A stretch of DNA of 64,000 nt, taken from NCBI GenBank assembly GCA_976551045.1, contig CDPCPM010000114.1:12028001-12092000 (forward strand). Direction: 5' to 3'. Position numbers and translations under genes: made by a program. This DNA is from Glaucostegus cemiculus (Eukaryota). The notes under the pieces were generated by a model. That model was not told the origin of the DNA, did no database searches, and saw nothing but the letters and a program-made list of their open reading frames with translations. Of the stretch, positions 52,757 through 64,000 are shown one piece after another (the stretch's first letter is position 1; every line of letters starts with the position of its first letter).

Positions 52757-55700
52757 AGCAAGACAGCCGACTCTTCCTTTGAGACCGGCTCACTGGGCGG
52801 CGTTTCCTGGTGGATATGGGAGCCGAAATCAGCGTCCTTCCCCCCTCCAACATGGATACCCGCAATGCGGTCAAAGGCCCTGAACTCACCGCTGCGAACG
52901 GCTCTACCATCCGCTCCTACAGCCTGCGCACCATCCTGTTACGTTTTGGGACCAGTTCGTTTACCTGGACTTTCACTGTAGCAGCGGTATCGCAGCCACT
53001 GCTAGGTGCGGATTTCCTGTGCGCCAACCGCTTGCTGGTCGATCTGAAGGGCCGGCGTCTGGTCCATGCTGAGACTTTCCAAAGCTACCAGCTCGGGAAG
53101 GCCCGGTCACCTGCCCCCCACATTGACTCTGTTACACTCTCCAACAATGAGTTTGCTAAGGTGTTGGCAGAGTTTCCTTCCATTATCACCCCGCAATTCT
53201 CCGCTGCAGTCCCCAAGCATGGCATGCAGCACTACATCACCACACAGGGACCTCCGCTACACGCCCGGGCCCGCAGGCTCCCGCCCGACAAGCTCCACCT
53301 CGCCAAGGAGGAGTTTCGCAGGATGGAGGAGTTGGGCATCATCCGCCGTTCCGACAGCCCATGGGCATCCCCGCTCCACATGGTGCCCAAAGCAGCGGGG
53401 GGCTGGAGACCCTGCGGAGACTACAGGAGGCTCAATGATGCTACGACTGCTGACAGGTACCCTGTGCCCCACATCCAAGACTTCACAGTGAACCTCCATG
53501 GGGTGACCATTTTCTCTAGGATTGACCTGGTCCGGGGATACCATCAGATCCCTGCTCATCCCAACGACGTGCCCAAAACAGCCCTCATCACCCCCTTTGG
53601 GCTGTTCGAGTTCCTCTGAATGCCTTTCGGCCTAAAGAACGCCGCCCAGACTTTTCAACGGCTAATGGACTTGGTGAGCAGAGGCCTCGATTTCACTTTT
53701 GTGTACCTGGATGACATCCTGGTAGCCAGGAAGTCGCGCAAGGAGCACTCAGCCCATCTCCGTCAGCTCTGCCAGTGCCTGAGCGACCACGGGTTGGTGA
53801 TCAACTTGGCGAAGTGCCAGTTTGGGCTGCGGGAGATCGACTTCTTGGGCCACAGGGTGAACCAGCATGGCGCCGCCCCGCTACCCGACAAGGTGCAGGC
53901 CATCCTCCAATTTCCCAAGCCCTACACGGTCAAGGGCCTGCAAGAATTTGTGGGAATGGTGAACTTCTACCACCGTTTTGTGCCCGCAGCAGCACACATC
54001 ATGCGGCCCTTGTTCGGACTCATGGCTGGCAAGGCCAAGGATGTTGTTTGGGACGCGGAGGCCTCGGCAGCTTTCGATCAGGCTAAGGGGGCACTGGCCA
54101 AGGCAACACTTCTGGTGCATCCAAGAGTCGACGTCCCCACAGCGCTCACTGTCGACGCTTCCGACACGGCGGTCAGTGGGGTCTTGAAACAACTCGTTGA
54201 GGGCCAGTGGAGACCGCTCGCTATTTTCAGCCGACATTTGCAGCCGCCAGAGGTCAGGTACAGCATTTTTGATAGGGAGCTGCTGGCTCTTTACCTGGCT
54301 GTCCACTATTTCCGTTATTTCCTTGAGGGGAGGTACCTTACCATCTACACGGACCACAAGCCCTTCACGTTTGCCCTGGCAACGACGTCGGACCCGTGGT
54401 CGGCTCGGCAGCAACGGCACCTCTCCTTCATTTCGGAGTTTACCACCGACATCCGCCACATTGCTGGGAAGAGCAATGTGGTCGCCGACACGCTGTCCCA
54501 CCCCCACATCCATTCAGCGACCACCCCAGCCACAAGCGTCGACTACACGGCGCTGGCGCAAACGCAGCAGGCAGACGACAAGATCCCGGCATACCACACC
54601 ATGCTCTCGGGACTCCGGCTGGAAGATGTTCCTGTTGGCCCTACAGCGATCCGGCTCCAGTGTGACACGTCTACTGGCAGACCCCGGCCGGTGGTGCCAG
54701 CAGCGTGGAGACGATGGGTTTTCGACACCCTGCATAGCCTAGCCCACCTGTCCATCAGGGCGACTATCAGGATGGTGGCAGAAAAATTCGTATGGCATGG
54801 TCTACGCAAGCAGGTGGGGCACTGGGCCAGAACCTGCGTGCACTGTCAGACGGCCAAGGTCCAGCGGCACGTGAAGGTTCTCCTCCAGCATTTTCAGCCA
54901 ACGCTTGGCAGGTTCCAGCACATTCACGTGGACATCGTCGGACCACTGCCAGTTTCCCGGGGCGCCAGGTACATTTTCACTGTGGTGGACAGGTTCACCA
55001 GGTGGCCTGAGGCAGTGCCGCTGGCAGACACATCCACCGCGTCCTGTGCCAGAGCCCTCATTGCCCACTGGATTGCCCGGTTTGGCCTCCCGGCGGACAT
55101 TACCTCCGACCGCGGGGCGCAGTTCAGGTCTGGCTTGTGGACGGCACTGGCGCAGCTCCTGGGTTCCCACCTGCATCACGCCATGGCATACCACCCGCAG
55201 GCCAATGGTTTGGTGGAGCGTTTCCACCGGCACCTCAAGTCCGCCCTGATGGCTCGCATGCAGGGACCTAACTGGACAGACGTGCTCCCCTGGGTCCTGC
55301 TGGGCATCCGTATGGCCCCCAAGGAAGATTTGGGCACCTCCTCAGCCGAGCTGGTCTACGGTTCCCCCCTCACGGTACCAGGCGAGTTCGTACCAGGGGC
55401 TCAGGACCCAGCAGGGACCCCGGCGGAAGTGTTAGCGAAGCTGCGGGCCAAGGTGGGGACCTTGGCACCGATCCCGGCCTCCAGGCACGGCACAGCGCCT
55501 TCTTTCGTTCCGAAGGACCTCCAGGGCTGTGAGTACGTTTTCATCCGCCGGGGGGCACATGGGTCGCCCCTGCAGAAGCCGTACGAGGGGCCTTTCCGGG
55601 TGGTCCGGCGCAGTGGTTCAACATATGTCATCGAGGTTGGGGGTCGTGAGCAGACTTTCACAGTGGACCGCCTGAAGCCGGTGTATCTGGACATTGCACA

Positions 55701-55791
55701 CCCGGTCAGGGTGCCTTGGCCACGCCGGCGGGGTAGGCCTCCCAAGCTGGGCGATTGGGTTGATGACCCCGCGCCTCCGCTGGGCGTTTCT

Positions 55792-55810
55792 GGGGGGGGG
55801 GGGGAGGGGG
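55792..55810 (+). promoter_or_regulatory. Polypurine tract
   Basis: G-run (g)13agggggg ending 3 nt before the 3' LTR. Confidence 0.85.
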
Positions 55811-55813
55811 TGG

Positions 55814-56049
55814 TGTAGCAACTCACGATATCGGGATCTGAAACACCGTCGGTCGTCACGGGGAAACGCGCGAGTCCCCGGGATAGTGCCGGAAGGTGGG
55901 ACTTCCGGTGGGAGTATGACGTCACTTTCCGCTGGCCACGTTTTTTGTAGTTCTGGATATGCGCGGCTTTTGGTGAGTTATTAAAAACTTGCTCGATCGA
56001 GTCTCCGTGTCCTCGTGTTCTTTTAAGTCGCACCCTGCTGGCTGCTACA
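55814..56049 (+). repeat. 3' LTR (236 bp)
   Basis: tgtagcaactc...gctgctaca followed by TSD gcct. Confidence 0.97.
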
Positions 56050-58119
56050 GCCTATTCTTTCAGTTTCAAGTTTTTTTGTTATTATTAGAAGTATCTCCAT
56101 TTGGGAGGTCCCAACAGATTGGAACCAGGAAAAAATGCATATTCTGAATATCTCGGATATTCATAATTTATATTTGACATATTGGAAAATGTCCCTTTTT
56201 TGTATACATTATATATCAAAAGTGGAAAAAACAAAAATCAACATTCCCTGACTATAGTCTTTAGCAATTAAAATAAATCATTGAATATAAATTAACAAAT
56301 CAAGCCTTTTTGAGAATCACAATGAGTCAATGTCACAGTTAGCTGCCTCAGCTTGTCATTTAATTCAATACAGACCTGTGTTCAGACCTTGGATCTTCTG
56401 ATTGATAGGTAGTTGAGCCTAACTTGCTGAGGCATGGTGAAATAATTTTGCAAACTTGAGTATGAAGAGCTCTTTAATAGGAGAATGTTTCTTTGTACAG
56501 CTCCAGGTATCGGGAAAGAAAAATGATATGTCCTAAATTTAGAGTTAACATACAATATTTACTCCTAGAATGTTTGTTGACTGATGCCAATGTGAGTATT
56601 TGAACCTTGGCTGAATCACTTCCCAGCTGCATGGTTTCTGTTAATTATGTTTTAAAATATTCTGCAGTTCATACAGGAAAGCCTGTTCAAAAATAAAAGG
56701 TAATGACGGCAATTTCTTGTGACCAGAGAAGATGTTTGCTGGGTAAAATTTACTGCTGGTGAACTTAATGTTTGCTGATTTTACTGCATTTACTTGGTAA
56801 ACAAAATGTCTGAAATCAGAGCTGGAGACCTCTGCTAAATGGTGGCACATATTTGTGAAAATACAGAACAGTTTAACAAATAGTTTCCATTTTAAGTTGT
56901 GTGATATTGATGTCTCAGTGAGTTTATGAAATGAACTTCAGGGACTGGTAAGGTACCAAGGATCCTGGTAGGTGACATCGATAGGATTACAAATTGTCTC
57001 TTAGCCCCTGGCTCACAGTTCCTGATCCTGATTGCTAGCTATTAACTTCCCCAGGACGTTGATGGTTAGAACTGCAAAGGAGAAATTGGTTTAGAAAAAA
57101 TGGTGAAATATTATTTCACATTTTATCAAATCACTTCAGAATGGGACCAAATTTCCCTGGCTCCATGACACAATGAAAGTTTTTTCTAAACAAAACACTG
57201 GCTAAAGAGAGAAGTAGCAGTTCAGCAGTACAGTTGTGTTGCTGCTGTTTCTGGCACCAGTTACCTCACAGCCTCATCCTCATTTTCACCAAACATTGTT
57301 GTTCACACATAAGCAGGCAGGGAATGGAGGTTATGTGCAGGCAGAGGCAATTAGTTTAATTTGGCTTAATGGTTGGCACAGACATCTTAGCTGTACAGGT
57401 GACCCCCACATTACAGATATCAGAAATTCATCCCTATGGAATTCATAAATCACCACCAAAACATTTGAGATACGGAATAAAAATTTGCTCTCACAGAATT
57501 TTTTTTCAATTTTTTAAAAAATCTCTCATTTCTTAAAGCATGCACAGCCGATGTGGCTTCATATTATGGAAAATCACGACATGGACAGTTTTTTCTGGGA
57601 ATGCAACTCCCCCAAAATGCAGAGGTCACCTGTACTTTTCCATATTCTATGTAAACAACTGTAACGTATAAACATTTGCAAAAACTATTGCCCCCATACT
57701 AATAATTTCAGTTGATATGGCTGCCATAGATCACACTTTGCAACTCTGTATTACTCCCAGTAAAACAATTAAATACAGCAACATTTCCTGCCCTTCATCA
57801 CTATTTCTTGATGTATAATGCACTGCCACATATTGTCTTCAGCCCTGCATTTTGAGTTGCAATAGAACACATTGTTCAAAGTATTTTACCTTTCAAAGAG
57901 CACTATAAATAGTAAAATAAAATATCTTGATGCACATAATTAAATGACTTGCAAGCCTTGCAATATGGTACATAGTTTAAGCCTTTAATGTAACCCATTG
58001 TGTTCATAAATTTTAATTACAGGTTTGTTTAGAAATTGGCTTTTCTTAAACAATATTGCTTTACATGGCTCCTTTTTGAAGTTATAAATTTTGGGAGTTA
58101 TAATTTTTTAAGATCTTAA

Positions 58120-58290
58120 ACTCTTGCCTCATCTGCTCCCTTAAATCTACATAAAGAATCCCTTGGTGCTGTTTTGAAGATGAGCAGGGTAGTTTTTTGT
58201 CATGTCTTGACCAATATTTATTCCTCGCTCAACAAAACTAAAACAGTTTGTAGGTGCAAATTAACTGCTTCATTTTCTACTTTACAATAC
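58120..58290 (+). mobile_element. DeuSINE-like fragment
   Basis: ttttgaagatgagcaggg...tgtcttgaccaatatttattcctc. Confidence 0.5.
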
Positions 58291-58634
58291 TGATTACACT
58301 TCCAAAGGGAAATGGAAATGGAAAAAAAAATCTTAAAAAAGAAAATACAGGTCTTTCAAAGGCATTCAAAATGGTGATTTACAATTTATGGTTTATGGTA
58401 AATCAGAGGTATTCTGTTTCTGATTATGTGTAATGGTTTAACACTTTTTCAGATGCTACAGAAATGTTTGGTACAAGACTTATTTATTGCTGATGCTATA
58501 TAACAGTTTTCATTCTCTTTCTCCTTCCACAAAGGTGAAGCAATTCAGTACTCATTGCTAAGTGCTTTATGTATATTTTTATGTTAAAGGACATATTTAG
58601 AAACATATGAATTTGTACTCCATTTACAGGCAGT

Positions 58635-58928
58635 TTATAGATAGATTTCTTTATTAGTTACACATACCTTGAAACACACAGTGAAATGCATCTTTGTGTA
58701 GAATGTTCTGGGGGCAGCCCACAAATGTTGCCATGCTTCCAGCGCCAAAATAGCATGCTCACAACTTCCTAACCCATACATCTTTGGAATGTGGAAGGAA
58801 ACTGGAGCACCCAGAGGAAATCCACGCATTCACGGGGAGTACATACAAACTCCTTACAGACAGCACCCAGAATTGAACCTGGGTTGCTGGCACTGTAATA
58901 GCATTATGCTAACTGCTACTCTACCATG
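58635..58928 (-). mobile_element. V-SINE with Rex1-like tail
   Basis: Reverse complement of the 27376-27667 family. Confidence 0.85.
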
Positions 58929-60357
58929 AGTAAAATAAATTACATTGTGTGTTTGTTATTATCATTCCTCAAAGAGATTACACATGCTAATTATTACAAT
59001 TATTGTGAAAGTTCATTTGAAGATCATCATAAAAGTATGAAACATTTGGGATCCGTGACACATGCAGTATAATTAACATTCAAACTTCCTCAGCTGCCTT
59101 GAAGTCAAACCTCAAAGAATTCTATCGCTAAGCTTGTTATTCAATCCAGATTCTTCTTTTAAGCATGTCTTTTGTGCCACATTTCTTTGTGTGTTTTTAT
59201 AACAGAGAAAAAAGGCCATTTTGTTAAAAGTAACTTCTAGCTGTCTGAAAGAGCAGCTTACTCAGTCCCATTTAATGCTCTTCTTCAATATTTCTTCTTC
59301 AAATATTTATCCATTTCTCTCTTAAAATATGTTTACCATTCTGCTTCTGTTGCCACTTCTCATAGGGTGTTTATGGCCTGACAATATTCTGGTTTAAATG
59401 CTGAACATAATTTGTTCTTGATTGTTTGATTATAGGTCAGTATTACTGGTGAAGTGGGGTTCATAGGCCAGATATTTTCACAAAGTATTTAAGTTGATAA
59501 ATTGTCCAATAGCATTCAGCAGTTTGGACAACAGAGGCACAAAACTGGAATTAGAACCAACCATAAGATCATCCATGATCTCACCAAATCATGAAGCAAA
59601 CATTAAGGTCTGTGTGGCCTGCTCCTACTTCTTAAATTCTTAAGCTTACAAAGATTTGTGTTTAAAATGAAAACTATCTAGATTGAAAATCCAAAATTCT
59701 ACTCATTCAAGCAGATGTTTGTCATTGGATGAACTACTCTGACAGATCTGCCTTTAAGTGTACATCTCCATGTGCATTCAAGCTGCTGAGTGGGGCTCGA
59801 ATGGTGAGTGCTACAAATTGTGCCATCGCAATAAGATTATTCTGATCTTGATCTGGTTAGAGAATAAAAAACAGTTTGAGGCTCTGTCAATGCTCAAACG
59901 TGGCAATTGCTATTGTGCTAAGCCAACTTTAATATTGCAAGCCATTATTTTCTTAATAATAATAGGAAACACAGACTTGAATGTACATAATGCCTTATCA
60001 AACTTTAAGAACACTGCAACTTGAATGGTCTTGAACCTGGAATGATAACCAGTTTACTTCTAAAGATATTGCCTGATACGCTGAGCACTTCCAGCATTGG
60101 CTTTTTTTTTGCTTTAGATTTCTAACTTGCTCGGAGTTTGAAAAGTAATCATGGTTACTTTTTGGTCAAGCAGCCCAACACAACCAGTAATGGAGAAGGA
60201 TGACATTTTTGGCAATGTTATACTACCCTAGTGCTGAGGTGATGCATCACCCTGGATAATGTACTCAAATCCCAACTGATTACAGCTTAACATTTATGTA
60301 GACCAATTTCCTTTCCATATTCCTGTACTTAGCTGCATGGCAGCAGTTATATTATTG

Positions 60358-60358
<1 letters not shown>

Positions 60359-60395
<37 letters not shown>
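60359..60395. repeat. (TG)n microsatellite
   Basis: Perfect TG run. Confidence 0.95.
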
Positions 60396-60400
<5 letters not shown>

Positions 60401-61499
60401 GGATGGAGGGGTAGAGGCAGAGAAAGATCTCTATCTTTCATAATGGCTTTCTGGTAGGTATCTCGATTCATTCAGTGATTTCTAAAAGCTTCCTGTTGTC
60501 AGCATGGGATGCACTTACTGTCTTCTACATGATTTATTTTGACTGTAAAGGGCATGATGTAGACAACTTGTATTCCACATGGACTCTGATGGAAATGGTA
60601 AAAATAAGCTTAAAAATTACTTTGTCTTGGGACAAGAGAAAACTAGGTTAGTTTTAATGGATGCAAGCACTTCAACTTGAGAATATTGGCTCAACATGTG
60701 CTTTTTTTGGTTCTGTATAAATTACCTGTTGCAAAGGCGCATACTGTATATTTAATAAAATAGCAAAAATTCCAATAATTCAACAGTTAGCTCACAGTAT
60801 TTTGAAAAATGAATAACAGGGACAATGACAGAAAGAATACAATAATTGCTAAGGAATAGAGAAGCAGAGACAAATGATGAATGGCTGTTTTCAGACAGGA
60901 GAGGAAATACAGTGATGTTCTTTGATATGGCGAGTAATGCCCTTGACCTGGTATTCAGGGTTTTCTGTAAAAGTTTGCAAACGATAGGATATTTTTTATA
61001 GTAATGAGTCTGGGAGGAATAAGGAAGAAACACAAAGTCAGTCAAATTGCCCACTTTTTCCTCACACCAATCTGTAATTCCCAAGCTTAGAATTTGCAGA
61101 AACTAATCAGTTATATCATCTTTATCTTTAATTCAGGTGGAATGTGTACTTTTAAGTTGGCATTAGTAACATAAGAAATCCAGAAAAAGGGGAAAAACAT
61201 CTAAACTAAATGGTTTTTTTTGCGCCATTACCTGTAGGTTTTGAATATCTTGTCAGGGCTTAAGTCCTGATGTTGATTCTCCAGTTAGGTGGTTGACCTA
61301 CATATTCGCATCTGAGTTTCACCCTAACATTGAGGTTGACATATTTCAAGTCCTTCTAGGCTCAAGTTTTTCTGTGTTTTCACCTCCCTACCGTAGTTAC
61401 AATGTTATGCCCAAATAAATGGAAAATGAAACAGACCCTTGCCTGCGTATCATGCTTACCCTCCTGTGTCAGACGGTTGTGTTTTGTTACCTGAATGTA

Positions 61500-62040
61500 C
61501 CTCAGCTGCTTGGTCGTGTTCCAGCACTGATTTTTCTTTTCTCATTTGCATAAATCCTAACTTGTAGATTTCTTGGCCAAGAACTGTTTTTAACTGTGTG
61601 TGTTTGTCTATGATCATTGACCTAAATTGGCTCTTAATCTCGATCCACCTTGATCTTAAAATTCTCATTCTTGTCCTCGAATTCCTCTATGAGTTCATTT
61701 CTCCCTATCACCGTATTTTCTGCAGCCGTCCAACACTCTGGGACCTTCTCACCTTGAATTCTGACCCCTTGTGTGTCCCTAATTTTCATATTCCATCATT
61801 GACAGTTATGCTTTTAAAAGCTTAATCTCTCAAATGTTGAAATTATCTCTCTGGACTGGCCCATGTTATTCCTCCTTTTATTTGATCTTTAAAGCCCACC
61901 TTTTTAACCAAGTTTTTAGTCATCTGGCGTTATATCTTATAAGTAGCCTTTGTCAGTTTCTGTTTTAAAATGTTCTTTGATGCACATTGAGATGTTTTAC
62001 TATCTGAAATGTACTATATTAATATGTGTTATTGTTATTG
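61500..62040 (+). mobile_element. Degraded L2 LINE 3' region
   Basis: IDLNWLLISIHLDLKILILVLEFLYEFISPY resembles L2 LHWLP...FKILILVFK.LHGLAPPY; L2-like 3' end with tgttat tail. Confidence 0.6.
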
Positions 62041-63239
62041 CATTTGGATTTGAAGACTTGTCAGTCTAGCATAGTTTATAAAATGGTTGCTAGCTGGCTC
62101 AGTTAAACATGAGAAAAACTTGGTGCAGTTTGCTGGAATGATTCTTGCCTGGGTTTCCTTGCTTTTCCTCCTATTTTCCCTGAAAATTTGGCACCTGCCA
62201 ATCCATGCAATCCGTGGCCTTTAGCCTGCCTGTTGGTTTTATTGCTCCTTGAATATGCGATCAGTTGTTTATCCTGACTTATCCTCTTATTTTTCCTGAG
62301 AAATTCTTAGCAGTTTGAAGATCAGTTTAATTGCATACTTGTCCATAGCTGGTGTTTTCCATCGGGCTGACAAACATTATTGCATTTTCCTTTACAGTGC
62401 TGAGTGCTTGACTCTGTGGTGAAAAGTGAAGAGAAACATGAAACTGAAAGAAAAATAAGCAAAAGACAAAGGAGAAAGGAAACAAGACAAAGAGAAAGGG
62501 TGCGACAGATAAAAGGTAGGAGGGATATGCAACAGAAAGGACAGAGAAGGGTATTGGAAGGTATGCAAATGAGGGGGATAGGAGAGAACTACCAGATGAA
62601 AGGGAGGAGAAACTAGTACAGAAAGGGCAAGAATGATGTTCCAAAGTTGGACCTTTCTGATCTGGACCTGTATCTCCTTTTACTGCTTCCAACTCTATCA
62701 TCTCCATGGTAATGATGGATTCACTTGATGTTTCCACATCCTGTTTTTCTTTCAGTGTTTGAGGCATTGAATTTCCTTGTGATCTGCCTCTTAAGCTTTC
62801 CCACAACACAGTCCAATAATAGCATGCCTGGTGTCAAAGTTAATTACCTCAGTTGCATTCTGCACCCGAGCCACCTTGACTGTCCAATTCTTCCTCCAAA
62901 GACTTTGCATTCTGCTTCCTGTGCCCTCAATTACTGACCTAACCCCCAATGGATTAGTGCATTCCTCCCAGTTCCCTGGATGTGTCTGCTGCTGAGGATA
63001 CATTGTTTAATTAAACTACTTCAATTGATTTCAACTTTTGTTAATTAGAACAAACAATTATTTTTATTAGACTATGTTGTGCTTGAGGAAGGCATGATCC
63101 TAAAAAAATGTAATGCGTTTCTAGTAATATCACCAAAAAATAAATTCCTATTTATATAGATCGAGATAAATGAATGAGTTTTGTGAAGCTAACTTCTGTT
63201 TAAAGGACTCCATTGTGCACACATGCCAAAGCAAACATT

Positions 63240-63692
63240 TATTGGTATTGGTTTATTATTGTCACTTGTACCGAGGTACAGTGGAAAAACTTGTCTTGCT
63301 TACCAATTGTACAGATCAATTCATTACACAGTGCAGATACATTGAGTTAGTACCGAGTGCATTGAAGTAGTAGTGGGTAAAAACAATAACAGAATACGGA
63401 ATAAAGTGTCACAGATACAGGGAAGTGCATTGCAGGTAGGCAATAAGGTGCAAGGTCAAACAAGGTAGTTTGTGAGGTCAAGAATCCATCTCATCCTATA
63501 AGGGAACAGTTCAATAGTCTTATTATCATGGGATAGAAGCTGTCTTTGAGCCTTGTGGTATGTGTCCTCAGGCTCATGTATCTTTTACCTGATGGGAGAG
63601 GAGAGAAGAGAGAATGACCCGGGTGGGTGGGGTCTTTGATTATGCTGGCTGCTTCACCAAAGCAGCGAGAGGTATACACAGAGTCCATGGAG
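63240..63692 (-). mobile_element. Rex1/Babar 3' fragment
   Basis: SMDSVYTSRCFGEAASIIKDPTHPGHSLFSPLPSGKRY...DSFYP. Confidence 0.88.
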
Positions 63693-64000
63693 AGTAAGTG
63701 TGCATTCACAAGAGTAATTCTTGGAAGAAAAAAATATTTTGAGATCTAAGAGTGAAATTATCAGACATTTTCACATCAGGGAGTCTAATATTGAAGTAGG
63801 TCAAATTAATTAGTTAAAGATGACACCTCTTTGCAGACTGCAGGGGTCCAATCTGAACAGCCTTCATTAATCTTAATCCAGTTCCCTATGACCTCTCTTA
63901 AAGCAAACCACAACTGTACTCATTACAGCAGCTTAGTTTGTGAGGAGAACTTTTTGGTCTTTAATGAATCATGAAAATATTTCCTTTTTGCTGTTTTTTG

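Larger units (their letters stand above)
52711..55818 (+). pseudogene. pol: pol (protease-RT-RNase H-integrase), single frame with two in-frame TGA stops
   Basis: [63 protein letters not shown]; stops at 52780-52782 and 53617-53619. Confidence 0.93.
51780..56049 (+). mobile_element. Full-length Ty3/Gypsy LTR retrotransposon, CsRn1/Kabuki/Boudicca-like
   Basis: TSD gcct (51776-51779, 56050-56053); LTRs TGTAGC...GCTACA; PBS; PPT; gag then PR-RT-RH-IN order. Confidence 0.97.

Noticed and set aside
52810-55818. pol appearing as two separate genes (269 aa and 732 aa)
   Set aside because: Same frame, split by a single TGA inside a conserved RT motif
52119-56033. Many overlapping and antisense ORFs (up to 210 aa) inside the Gypsy element
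   Set aside because: Expected shadows of GC-rich coding sequence; no recognisable domains and no room for an env gene between pol and the LTR
62327-62809. 160-aa minus-strand ORF
   Set aside because: Produced by purine/pyrimidine low-complexity sequence
1-64000. CRISPR arrays, rRNA or prokaryotic systems
   Set aside because: No regularly spaced repeats or such genes; the sequence is eukaryotic and repeat-rich

Overview
AT-rich, repeat-dominated vertebrate DNA that looks intronic or intergenic. The repeat content (HER1/CR1 LINEs, Rex1/Babar LINEs, HE1/V-SINEs, DeuSINE-like pieces, fold-back Penelope-like repeats) points to a cartilaginous fish; this is inference. I cannot identify a host gene, and there is one weak exon candidate at 16981-17041. 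The standout is a GC-rich, structurally complete Ty3/Gypsy LTR retrotransposon at 51780-56049. It has a 4-bp TSD, TG...CA LTRs, a tRNA-Trp PBS, a CHCC Gag (CsRn1/Kabuki/Boudicca-type hallmarks) and an intact -1 frameshift signal with a hairpin or pseudoknot; pol carries two nonsense codons and an altered protease motif. Other items are young Rex1 copies, degraded Harbinger transposase and Myb/SANT remnants, SINEs with swapped tails, and TSD-flanked fold-back elements with decayed hammerhead-like cores. Most short ORFs in the track are spurious or TE fragments. Boundaries of degraded repeats are approximate. I found no convincing new biological system.
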